From positions 192,193 through 256,192 of the forward strand of contig CP011210.1 in the NCBI GenBank assembly GCA_001029675.1: DNA of 64,000 nucleotides, given 5' to 3'. The notes beneath the pieces were generated by a model, which saw nothing but the letters and a program-made list of their open reading frames with translations, ran no database searches and was not told the DNA's origin. A program made the translations under genes and the position numbers. The stretch comes from Candidatus Beckwithbacteria bacterium GW2011_GWC1_49_16 (GTDB taxonomy: Bacteria; Patescibacteriota; Microgenomatia; UBA1400; CG1-02-47-37). Every line of letters starts with the position of its first letter. The first letter of the stretch is position 1. This document shows, one piece after another, positions 26,380-34,785 of this stretch.

Positions 26380-27525
26380 TTAATACTTGAAATTTAAGCT
26401 CGGTTGGCGGTCGAGCTTTTTAGGGTTTTTGACAAAGTCTTTTTTGAGGAATTTGAAGTAAGCAGCTACGGCGATCATGGCGGCGTTGTCGGTGAAGAGT
26501 TTTTTGGAAAAAGGCAGGTAGACGGGTAGGTTATGGCCGCGGGCGACGCGGCGCAGCTGGCGGCGGATGTAGAGATTAGAAATAACGCCGCCGCCCAAAA
26601 GGATGCCTTTAGGCTGGGTTTTTTTAATGGCAAGCTCGAGCTTGCCGGTCAAACTGTCGGCGACGGCTTTTTGGAAAGAGGCGGCCAGGTTGTGGGTGAA
26701 ATTTAAGCTAAGGGTCTGACCTTTTTTATTTTGGATGATATACAGAGCAGCGGTTTTAAGGCCGGAGAAAGAAAAGTTTAAGTCTTTGGAGTGCTGCATG
26801 GGTACGGGCAGGGGGATTTTGGCTATAGCCAGCGGCGAAGCTTTACGGGCCAGTTCCTCAATGATCGGGCCGCCGGGGTAGCCCAATTTAAGCATTTTGG
26901 CCAGTTTATCCAAGGCCTCGCCGGCAGCGTCGTCCAGAGTTTCGCCCAAAAGTTGATAACGGCCGATGGCGTGGACAAGAACAAGTTGGGTGTGGCCGCC
27001 GGAAACGAGGAGAGCTAGCAAGGGGAATTTGATAGACACACCCGGTGTGGGGGATTTCTTCACACCGGGTGTGTTGGGTAAGGCCAGGGGTGAAAGCAGA
27101 TGTCCTTCCATGTGGTTGACGGCGATTAGAGGCAGATGGAGGTAGGCGGCGAGCTTGCGGGCAGTAGCGATGCCGACTTCCAGGGCCGGGGCCAGGCCTG
27201 GGCCAACGGTGACGGCGATGGCGTCGAGAGAATCCGTCAAGGTCGGACCTTTCGCCTGCCGGCGAGCCCTGCTTGGCTGGCTGCCAGGCATTCCTTTTAA
27301 GGTCCGACCTTGCCTGCGCGCTCGCATCAGCGCCTCCCGCACCACATAGTCGATTTTTTCTTGGTGGGCGCGCTTGGCCAGATGGGGGACGACCCCGCCG
27401 TACTTTTTGTGGATGTTAATTTGGGAGGCGATGACGTTGGAGAGGATTTTGCGGCCGCGGCTGACGGCGGCGGCGGTTTCGTCGCAGGAAGTGTCGATGG
27501 CTAGAATTAAAGGCTGTTTCATCAA
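26380..27525 (-). CDS. tsaD: tRNA N6-adenosine threonylcarbamoyltransferase TsaD (Kae1/YgjD family)
   Basis: LILAIDTSCDETAAAV...GGVVPHLAKRAH N-terminal signature and GGGVISN C-terminal motif. Carries in-frame palindromic insert TPGVKKSPTPGV. Confidence 0.9.
   Translation of the reverse strand: MMKQPLILAIDTSCDETAAAVSRGRKILSNVIASQINIHKKYGGVVPHLAKRAHQEKIDYVVREALMRARRQGRTLKGMPGSQPSRARRQAKGPTLTDSLDAIAVTVGPGLAPALEVGIATARKLAAYLHLPLIAVNHMEGHLLSPLALPNTPGVKKSPTPGVSIKFPLLALLVSGGHTQLVLVHAIGRYQLLGETLDDAAGEALDKLAKMLKLGYPGGPIIEELARKASPLAIAKIPLPVPMQHSKDLNFSFSGLKTAALYIIQNKKGQTLSLNFTHNLAASFQKAVADSLTGKLELAIKKTQPKGILLGGGVISNLYIRRQLRRVARGHNLPVYLPFSKKLFTDNAAMIAVAAYFKFLKKDFVKNPKKLDRQPSLNFKY
27037..27073. repeat. 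palindromic element variant CACACCCGGTGTG-ggggatttctt-CACACCGGGTGTG, in-frame in tsaD
   Basis: Exact inverted 13-mers. Minus-strand reading gives TPGVKKSPTPGV. Confidence 0.9.
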
Positions 27526-27885
27526 AGCATTTTACCACTTTTTCACACTGGTAAAAACAGGTAAATAGACGGCGGAAGGGTGACGACTTCTATATAATTA
27601 TAGGTTCTATGGGCTTCGGTAATTATTTTGTTAGTGGCCGAGTTTGACTCGGTTCTTTGGGTGGTAAAACGTCAAATTCCGTGAAAACTAAGAAAAAAGC
27701 TGACTCAAGATTTAAAAACGAGCAGCAAACGTGTTCAATTATTGATTTAAGATCAGTTTTATTTGGTGAATGTTGGGTTAAAAAAACTTTTTCAACCTGG
27801 AATCAGTCATTTGGCGATAAATTAATATAGGCTTTTAAAAAATTGGAAACAAGACAAGAAGAAGATTTTAAGCTATGATAGCAGT

Positions 27886-28242
27886 ATGCCGGAAGTGTTA
27901 ATGGCGGTTTTGCCAATGATTTTATGGTTTGTCGAGCGCTTATTGCCTTTTCCGGCAGTAGTGGAAGAGGTGGCCAAGGCTTTGGTGGTGGTTAGGGCTG
28001 ATGGGCGGCGCCAAGCTTTCTTCTTGGGTTTGATTTTCGGCTTGTCCGAGGCTTTTTTGTTTTTAGTCAACGCCAACCTGCTGGCGGACTTGACCGGCTT
28101 TTGGCGGCGGCTACTTTTTACCGTGCCGATGCACGGCGTCACCGCCGGGCTGATTATGTTGTGGGGAAAACGCTACTGGTGGTTGGGTTTGCCTCTGGCG
28201 ATGCTGGCACACGCTTGGTTCAATCTAAGAATTGCGAGCTGA
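27886..28242 (+). CDS. small membrane protein with PrsW/CPBP-like motifs
   Basis: EEVAK (EExxK), MHGV (xxxH) and HAWFN (HxxxN) spaced as in CPBP/PrsW intramembrane proteases. Only 118 aa. Confidence 0.35.
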   Translation: MPEVLMAVLPMILWFVERLLPFPAVVEEVAKALVVVRADGRRQAFFLGLIFGLSEAFLFLVNANLLADLTGFWRRLLFTVPMHGVTAGLIMLWGKRYWWLGLPLAMLAHAWFNLRIAS

Positions 28243-30538
28243 CCCACCAGGATTGACCGGAGTCTTGCCGGCTAAAGTCGATACGGGACCAATCATCACT
28301 GGTTTCAAAGACATAAACATCCAGGCTGGTTTTGACGGCCATGACTACGGCCGCGGCCGGGTCGGGTTTGAAGCGTACGTTGACGCTTGAGCCTTCAGGC
28401 ACGGTCAGGCGTTTGGGAGTGGCCTCTCCCAGCACCTGTTTTTCCTGTTTGACGTTGACTTCTTGAGGCAGGGGTGAAGGTGAGGCCGAGGGTGAAGGTG
28501 AGGCCGGGGCGACTTCTAGGATTGTCGGTTCGGGTGCGCTTTTGGGCCGGAGTAAGGCCTGGGTGATGATGACGGTGACGATGGTGGTTGCCAGGATCAC
28601 CAGCGGGATCAGGGCAGGGTTAGATATAAGCCGCCGCCAATCACCCGGCGTTGCCGCTGCGGTCAACGATTTTGGTTTGGTTGCCTTGGTGGATTTAAAC
28701 CTGATCTGACGCATATAAATGGTCAGGAAGACAAAACCGGCAATGACAATGATGATGATTCCCCAGACGGCGACGGCCTGAACGCCGCCGATAAAGCCGA
28801 AGATCGAGCCGGTGCCCGAGGCTTGGGCTACCAGGTCTTGAAGACGGGCCATGTTGGTATTGACGCCATTAAGCTCGAGCTGGGCTTCGCGGTAGGTGCG
28901 GATGCGGTTTTCCGGGGCGATGGCTTTGCTTTGGGCTAAAAGAATTTTATTGACGGTGACGTCGATTTCCGACTTTAACACCGTGCCTTGGGCAAAGTAA
29001 CTGGTTTTTTCCAGCGGCCTTAAGAGTTCGGCTGCCTGGTTTTTGAGCGCATCCAGCTCGGAGGCCGTCAGCTGCCAAATGTCTTCAACCTCGACGGCCA
29101 CCAGCTTGGTTTCTTGGGGTTTTAAAGTGTAGGAGCCGGAGACAAACAACGCCTCTTCGGTGGTGTCGTAATGGGTTTCCAGGGACGGGTCGAGGCCGAT
29201 GATGTTTTCGGTTTTTAACTCCCGGGGCAGGAAAAACTTTAAGGGGACGGTTTGGCTGATGACGCTTGATGGGTTGGTGATGACCGCCCTAAAGATGATG
29301 CTGCCTTCTTCAAGCCATAGAGAGCGGATCGGGTCGCCCGGCCTGACGGCCAGAAGCTGGCGGTTTAAGCCAAGTAAGGCTTTGAGATTAAAAAGCAGAT
29401 TTTTTAAGTTGAGTTTTTTATCTTTGTTTGTCTTGGTGGGTTGAATCAAGCTGCCTCCGCCGGGATACTGGTTTAAGGCGAGAACCTGTTTTTCCATGGC
29501 GGTGACACTGGTGGTTAAAAGTGTTTCTCCCTGCCCTTGCCAGTTTTCCAGAAGCAGGGCCAGTTTTTGGTTTTGGTTTTCCAGAGCGGCGTCGCGGGCG
29601 GCGACATATGCCAGGAAACCAAAAAGCGTTGCTTGGGCGCTGGTATCGCCTGGGTGGCCAACAAAACTTTTCAACTGGTCTAGGTTTTGGTTCTGGACGG
29701 CTAGGTTAATGGCTTTGATTACCGGCGCATCCCAGTCATTAACTAGCGCGGTCAGAGCCGAAGGGTTAGTAAACAAAATGGCGCTGCCTGACTGGACCCA
29801 ATCATAAAGGGCTTGGGCGTGTTTCCGGCTTTGCTCGAGTTTGACGTTCAGGTCGGGAATGGTCTGGCCCTCCTCCAAAGACAAAGACACCACCGGGGCG
29901 TTGACCAGTTTTTCCAGAAGCACCCGCTGTTGCTGTTGTTCTTGGGTAATGGCGGTAATTTGCTGGGCCGGGCCGGAGGTGGAAGTGGTGACGGCCGAAG
30001 TCCAGATGTTGGCGATAAGATCGCCAAAGGTAGTCAAGGAGCGGGTGGAGTGATCCCAAATGTCGGCAATCAAATCGCCGAAGTCAGTTAAAGAGCGAGA
30101 AGAGTAGGACCAGACCTCGGCAGCGGTTAGTCCGGGAGAAGGCGAGGCGGCCGAGGCCGTCACCTCAAAGGTTTTGTCGATACATAAATAGTCGGCGCCC
30201 GAGCTGCAGCACAGAGTAGTCGGGTAAAGCCCCTCGGTCGTATCAATAGTCGCGTCGTAATGATACCAGGCGTCAATCGGGGCAGTGATGCCGTCAATGT
30301 CTAAAAAACTGCTGCCGTTAGGGTATGAGGCGGTCAAATCACAACTGGCGTCGGTATCCAAGGCGTACTCATCGTCATACAAAAACTCGCCGATGGTGCA
30401 GGTAGCGGAAGTGGGGCACTGTTGATAGGTGGCGGCTAGTGCCGGTCGGGCCGGGAGCAAAAAAGCCAGGGCAAGCAGGTAGAACATGCCATCAGCTTTT
30501 ATTTTTCTTGCTTTTGGTTGGGGGGCTGTCGTTTTCAT
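28220..30538 (-). CDS. large membrane-anchored surface protein with C-terminal SH3b-like domain
   Basis: Signal peptide likely from the internal Met (MFYLLALAFLLPARPALA). Internal TM helices, a tandem ~19-aa repeat (SRSLTDFGDLIADIW / TRSLTTFGDLIANIW) and an SH3-like C-terminus. Confidence 0.5.
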   Translation of the reverse strand: MKTTAPQPKARKIKADGMFYLLALAFLLPARPALAATYQQCPTSATCTIGEFLYDDEYALDTDASCDLTASYPNGSSFLDIDGITAPIDAWYHYDATIDTTEGLYPTTLCCSSGADYLCIDKTFEVTASAASPSPGLTAAEVWSYSSRSLTDFGDLIADIWDHSTRSLTTFGDLIANIWTSAVTTSTSGPAQQITAITQEQQQQRVLLEKLVNAPVVSLSLEEGQTIPDLNVKLEQSRKHAQALYDWVQSGSAILFTNPSALTALVNDWDAPVIKAINLAVQNQNLDQLKSFVGHPGDTSAQATLFGFLAYVAARDAALENQNQKLALLLENWQGQGETLLTTSVTAMEKQVLALNQYPGGGSLIQPTKTNKDKKLNLKNLLFNLKALLGLNRQLLAVRPGDPIRSLWLEEGSIIFRAVITNPSSVISQTVPLKFFLPRELKTENIIGLDPSLETHYDTTEEALFVSGSYTLKPQETKLVAVEVEDIWQLTASELDALKNQAAELLRPLEKTSYFAQGTVLKSEIDVTVNKILLAQSKAIAPENRIRTYREAQLELNGVNTNMARLQDLVAQASGTGSIFGFIGGVQAVAVWGIIIIVIAGFVFLTIYMRQIRFKSTKATKPKSLTAAATPGDWRRLISNPALIPLVILATTIVTVIITQALLRPKSAPEPTILEVAPASPSPSASPSPLPQEVNVKQEKQVLGEATPKRLTVPEGSSVNVRFKPDPAAAVVMAVKTSLDVYVFETSDDWSRIDFSRQDSGQSWWVSSQFLD

Positions 30539-30671
30539 TTAAAGCCCGCCTGAATTCGTTGGTGGCCCGGCGGATGCCTCGGGCCAGTTCCGGCAGTTTA
30601 TCGCCGCCGAAAAACAGCATCAAGACCAGGGCTATGACGATAATCTCGCCCAGACCAATATTGGCAAACAT
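30492..30671 (-). CDS. tatA: twin-arginine translocase TatA/E family protein, copy 1 (59 aa)
   Basis: MFANIGLGEIIVIALVLMLFFGGDKLPELARGIRRATNEFRRA. Too short for the ORF track. Confidence 0.8.
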   Translation of the reverse strand: MFANIGLGEIIVIALVLMLFFGGDKLPELARGIRRATNEFRRALNENDSPPTKSKKNKS

Positions 30672-30674
30672 TGA

Positions 30675-30842
30675 TTATTCTTTTTCTTTGATGGCCTCTT
30701 TGAGGTCTTTGGAGGCTTTTTTAATCTCCACCTTAGACTGGCCCAAATTTTTACCCATCTTAGGCAAAAATTTGGCGCCAAAGAGCACCAACAAAACGAC
30801 CGCTATGATGATAATCTCGGTCGTTCCCAGGTTAGCAAACAT
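30675..30842 (-). CDS. tatA: TatA/E family protein, copy 2 (55 aa)
   Basis: MFANLGTTEIIIIAVVLLVLFGAKFLPKMGKNLGQSKVEIKKA. Confidence 0.8.
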   Translation of the reverse strand: MFANLGTTEIIIIAVVLLVLFGAKFLPKMGKNLGQSKVEIKKASKDLKEAIKEKE

Positions 30843-30869
30843 GGTTTCTCCTTTCTTGTTGGGGTAATT

Positions 30870-31013
30870 TTATTTTTCTTTGCTGGCCCGCCTAAATTCT
30901 TTAATAGCTTGGCCAATACCCCGCATCAATTCGGGGATTTTTTTGCCGCCGAATAAAAGGATGATGATGACGGCGATGACGATGATTTCGGTGCTGCCGA
31001 TGTTACGAAACAT
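30870..31013 (-). CDS. tatA: TatA/E family protein, copy 3 (47 aa)
   Basis: MFRNIGSTEIIVIAVIIILLFGGKKIPELMRGIGQAIKEFRRASKEK. Confidence 0.8.
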   Translation of the reverse strand: MFRNIGSTEIIVIAVIIILLFGGKKIPELMRGIGQAIKEFRRASKEK

Positions 31014-31016
31014 TAA

Positions 31017-31196
31017 TTATTCACCCCCTTCATCTTCCTCTTTAAAGGCTTTTTGGATGTCTTTTTTGGCGCCTTTTAACTCCCGGCCGGCCTGGCCCAA
31101 GCCCCGGGCCAGTTCCGGTAGTTTTTTACCGCCAAACAGCACCAGTAAAACGACAAGAATGACGATAATTTCGACAGCGCCTAAGTTTTTAAACAT
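31017..31196 (-). CDS. tatA: TatA/E family protein, copy 4 (59 aa)
   Basis: MFKNLGAVEIIVILVVLLVLFGGKKLPELARGLGQAGRELKGAKKD. Confidence 0.8.
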   Translation of the reverse strand: MFKNLGAVEIIVILVVLLVLFGGKKLPELARGLGQAGRELKGAKKDIQKAFKEEDEGGE

Positions 31197-31911
31197 AACT
31201 TCTATTAAATATTAGCGTCAGTTCAAAAAGAAGTAAAGGGGGAATTGTCAGAATAGTTAAAGAGACGATGTCGTTGGGGGGGAGTAAGGCTACCAGGATC
31301 AAGATGGCGGTGTAAATATAGCGGCGGGAGCGTTTGAGGGACAAGGGCGACAGGACGTGAAGCTGGATCAGCCCGGAAAGGACGATCGGCAGTTGGAACA
31401 CTAGAGCCATGAGGATGCCGGTAGAGATGATTTGCCTTAAAAACCCGCTTAGATCCCAGAGGTTTTCGACGGCGAAGTCGGCCGAGACTTGGGTATAAAG
31501 GCTAATTATAAACTGGATGATCCAGGCGCCGAAGGCAAAGCCGACGACAAATAAAATCAGGCTGACGGGGTAGAGGCGTACCAGCAAGCGGTATTCTTTA
31601 GCCCTTAAAGCCGGGCTGATAAAGCGGATCAGATAAAAACCCAAAAGCGGCAGGGACACGCTCAAGCCGGTCAAGACACCGGAACTGACGGCCAGGTCAA
31701 TAAACTGGTAAGGGGAGGTCAAAACCAGGTTGATACCTTCGAGATTAAATAGGTGCATGATGGTTTTAATGATCGGTTGGTAATAAATAAAGCCCAGGGC
31801 ACCGCCGCCGATAAAGACGGCGATGACATGGAATAAGCGCTTTTGGGCTTCCTTTAAGTAGGGCAGGTATTTGGCAATGGCTTGGTCCCGGTAGTCTAAT
31901 TTAGGGCTCAT
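31189..31911 (-). CDS. tatC: twin-arginine translocase subunit TatC
   Basis: 6-TM protein with the TatC N-terminus (YLPYLKEAQKRLFHVIAVFIGGGALGF). Directly upstream of the tatA array on the same strand. Confidence 0.85.
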   Translation of the reverse strand: MSPKLDYRDQAIAKYLPYLKEAQKRLFHVIAVFIGGGALGFIYYQPIIKTIMHLFNLEGINLVLTSPYQFIDLAVSSGVLTGLSVSLPLLGFYLIRFISPALRAKEYRLLVRLYPVSLILFVVGFAFGAWIIQFIISLYTQVSADFAVENLWDLSGFLRQIISTGILMALVFQLPIVLSGLIQLHVLSPLSLKRSRRYIYTAILILVALLPPNDIVSLTILTIPPLLLFELTLIFNRSYV

Positions 31912-33245
31912 TTAAGTGAAGCTAGAGTGGCTTTGGTTTTGGCGTCTTTAAGGGTTTTGGCAGCTGAACCGGTGACGGTGTGGCCGCTGGTAATTACTTC
32001 ATCCCAAACACCATTGACGATATTAGTGATGTCGTCTCCGGTGACCGCGCCGCCGGTGTCAATGAATGTTCCAACACTGCCCACGCTTTGAGTCGAACCG
32101 GCAGTATTCCCCGAGAAAGTATTATGGAGGCGGATGCCGGTCCGGACTACCCCGTTACCGACATTGATGCCGTAGCTGGTATTGTTGTAGATGATATTAT
32201 TTTCAAAGATATTGTCGGTTGAGTTGCTGCCGGTGATGACCACTCCGTCGGCGGGCGTGGGGACTGTGCCGCTGCCGGTGACAATACATTTTCTTACCGT
32301 CGACAGGGTAGTGTAGTCACCCATATTGATTCCGTTACCCTTGCAGTTTTCCACCACACAGGTTTCTACGATTGTTCTGGCGCTTGAGCTGATATCGATG
32401 CCGCTGCCGGTCGCGCCATATACCCAGCAGTCTTCGATTTGTGCCCGGTCACCGGTAACGGTGATGCCGTTGTCAGTGCCGCCGGCGGCAGTTGTAATGT
32501 AAAAGCCGGATACCTCCACATTGTCTGCCTGAATATTGATCGTTGGGGAACCCTCGGTACCTGTTAGTTTGAATGGGTATCCTGGGCCTCTTAGTTTTAA
32601 GTTGTCAATGGTGATATCTAAGGTTTCGGTAGTGGTCACGCCGCCGCTGGTGGTTGATAAAGCAAAAATGATGTCGCCCGCGCCGGCGCCGGGGGTGGCT
32701 AGCTGTTGGGCCCGATCAAAAGTCAAGACCGCATTAGCTGGAGTGGTACCATCGTTTCCGTCATTGCCTTTGGTCGGATCAGGGTTCCAGTACCAAATAC
32801 TACCAATGGATTTATTTTTTCCCCGCAAAGATTCCAAAAGGTATAAAGTGGCGTAGTCGGCGTCGGCCTGGATGATCGTCGGCGAGGACGACTGGGCAAT
32901 CACCACTTGGGTAAAGGCAGTCGGGTAGATGGGATTGTTGGCATAGTCATTGATGGCCACCAAATTGCCGCCGGAAACAGTACAAAGGATTGTGCCGGAT
33001 AGGCCGTCTCTGGCCTCAAACGACAACCGCCAGTTATTGATCAGCTCCAAAGTAATGCCGATGTAAGAGCCGCCGCCCAGGGGTTGTTTACCGTAGGCAT
33101 TAGCAATCGTGCCGTAATCTAAGTTAATTAACTGTTCCTCATAAAGCCGGATTTGGTCGTGAAGATCCTGAATTTCTACCGAGGTCTGGGGGGCGTCCAC
33201 TTGGATAATTCTTTCGTATTTAAAAAAAGTTAATGCGGCAGGCAT
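31908..33245 (-). CDS. right-handed parallel beta-helix repeat protein (pectate-lyase/tailspike-like), no signal peptide
   Basis: Repeated GxxG/NxxI rungs: GITVTGDRAQIEDCWVYGATGSGIDISS...CKGNGINMGD...NNIIYNNTSYGINVGNG. Confidence 0.55.
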   Translation of the reverse strand: MPAALTFFKYERIIQVDAPQTSVEIQDLHDQIRLYEEQLINLDYGTIANAYGKQPLGGGSYIGITLELINNWRLSFEARDGLSGTILCTVSGGNLVAINDYANNPIYPTAFTQVVIAQSSSPTIIQADADYATLYLLESLRGKNKSIGSIWYWNPDPTKGNDGNDGTTPANAVLTFDRAQQLATPGAGAGDIIFALSTTSGGVTTTETLDITIDNLKLRGPGYPFKLTGTEGSPTINIQADNVEVSGFYITTAAGGTDNGITVTGDRAQIEDCWVYGATGSGIDISSSARTIVETCVVENCKGNGINMGDYTTLSTVRKCIVTGSGTVPTPADGVVITGSNSTDNIFENNIIYNNTSYGINVGNGVVRTGIRLHNTFSGNTAGSTQSVGSVGTFIDTGGAVTGDDITNIVNGVWDEVITSGHTVTGSAAKTLKDAKTKATLASLK

Positions 33246-33246
33246 G

Positions 33247-34092
33247 TTAAGAATCTAAATAAACTGAAATTTTTAATTCTGGGATCAAACGTTTATTTCT
33301 GTAAATATAATTTACATCAGGATTGATCTTAATCGCCAGATAATTTTTGGGAATCTTCGATAATTCTTGCCCGGTTTGATTAAAGCTTTGATTAGTCTCA
33401 TCAAGCTGAAAACAAATCAGCCGCATGGCTGATTTGGGTGAAAAGGGTAAGCCTGATTGGTTAATCACCAGTTTTTTTTGCCCTGCCGGTTGGTAAAAGT
33501 TGATCGGAATTAGCCCCCGGTCCATCAAGGCCACAAACCGGCCGATATTTTCGGCCACTACCCGGCTAAACTCTGTTTTTTTGGCTTTTTGACCGGGGTG
33601 ATCTCTAAGATGCTCTAAAAGGTGGCGGTTAACCAAGTGGATTTGTCCTCGTTTGTCTTGAGCAAAAAACACTAATGAATTGTTGTATTGAAACAGGGGA
33701 GTCAATCGGTATTGTTTAAAAATTGGTACAATTTTCTCATCAATTCTGGCCGCAGTTAGATCAAGTAAATTCGGATCATTGACCAAAAAGGCCCTAGTTT
33801 TGGTGTTATAAATTCTTAATCTCAAGTTTTTGACGGCAATTTTTACTAGATTTACCGTCAAATTATCGTTGGCAGCACAAGTCAAAACAATTTGTTTTGT
33901 CCGGGTGTTTATTTTCATTGCCGCCATCATTTTTGTCTCTGGGTAAGATATCAGCAAGGTTTGATTTTTACCCTTTTTTACCTCAACTTCTCCGGTAAAG
34001 GTTAAAAGATAGTCGTTGATTTTTTGTAAGCACTTTTGTAAGTTGACAGAAGAGTTGGTGCTTATCAGCCTATAGGTTACAAGCTTTGCCAT
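33247..34092 (-). CDS. hypothetical protein
   Basis: 281-aa ORF. No recognisable domain. Confidence 0.4.
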   Translation of the reverse strand: MAKLVTYRLISTNSSVNLQKCLQKINDYLLTFTGEVEVKKGKNQTLLISYPETKMMAAMKINTRTKQIVLTCAANDNLTVNLVKIAVKNLRLRIYNTKTRAFLVNDPNLLDLTAARIDEKIVPIFKQYRLTPLFQYNNSLVFFAQDKRGQIHLVNRHLLEHLRDHPGQKAKKTEFSRVVAENIGRFVALMDRGLIPINFYQPAGQKKLVINQSGLPFSPKSAMRLICFQLDETNQSFNQTGQELSKIPKNYLAIKINPDVNYIYRNKRLIPELKISVYLDS

Positions 34093-34099
34093 TTAATGG

Positions 34100-34429
34100 T
34101 TACTTAACCAATTTTTTGAGCTTTTCGGCTTGGACAATGTCGTTTTTTAAAACTTTAATCATGCCGTCAATCCGCTTGAGTTCGTTTCTTTCTTTTTTGA
34201 TCGCTTCCTCAAATACTTTGATGTTCTGCTTGATTTTATTCTGGTATCTTTTTAAATCATTAACACCATAGCCGCGGATAATTTTGATTTTTTCCAGCTC
34301 TGCCTTTGACGGAATCGAGCTAACGATTGGCGTCGATGATGGCAATGATTTGGAAGAGCCTTTGGATCTCTTTTTCTTCGGCATCGATTTGATCCTGAAA
34401 TAATTTAATATTGCGGCGGCGGCGGGCAA
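34100..34429 (-). CDS. coiled-coil protein (possibly frameshift-linked to 34320..34502)
   Basis: Lys/Glu-rich heptad pattern. Overlaps a 60-aa ORF that carries a similar motif (NIKLFQDQIDAEEKEIQRL vs NIKVFEEAIKKERNELKRI). Confidence 0.3.
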   Translation of the reverse strand: MPAAAAILNYFRIKSMPKKKRSKGSSKSLPSSTPIVSSIPSKAELEKIKIIRGYGVNDLKRYQNKIKQNIKVFEEAIKKERNELKRIDGMIKVLKNDIVQAEKLKKLVK

Positions 34430-34506
34430 TTTCGTCCTCCAGGGCAGGCTTACTGTAGCGCAAGGCTTCCTCTTTGGTGACCGGAAGGGTCGGGTCGGTC
34501 ATCTGG

Positions 34507-34779
34507 TTATCCCCAAAAACGTTTTTTCCGGGCAGGTTTATTAGTTTTACCCTTGGCGATTTTGCTTGGTTTTTTGGCAGTTTTTTTACTGGCTAATTTG
34601 GCTGCTTTTTTTTGGGCTTTCTTTTTGGCGGCCAAAAGGCGGTCGATAGCCCGGGTCAGTTTTTCTTGAGAAGGTTCCCGGAAACGGACTACTCCTGACG
34701 CGTCCCGGGCGATGTGAAGGATTTTCGCACCACCATCATATGAGGAAACCGAGAGTTGATAGCCTTTATGGTATTTCAT
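34507..34779 (-). CDS. small protein with Lys-rich histone-H1-like tail
   Basis: C-terminus KKKAQKKAAKLASKKTAKKPSKIAKGKTNKPARKK. Confidence 0.4.
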   Translation of the reverse strand: MKYHKGYQLSVSSYDGGAKILHIARDASGVVRFREPSQEKLTRAIDRLLAAKKKAQKKAAKLASKKTAKKPSKIAKGKTNKPARKKRFWG

Positions 34780-34785
34780 AAGTTA

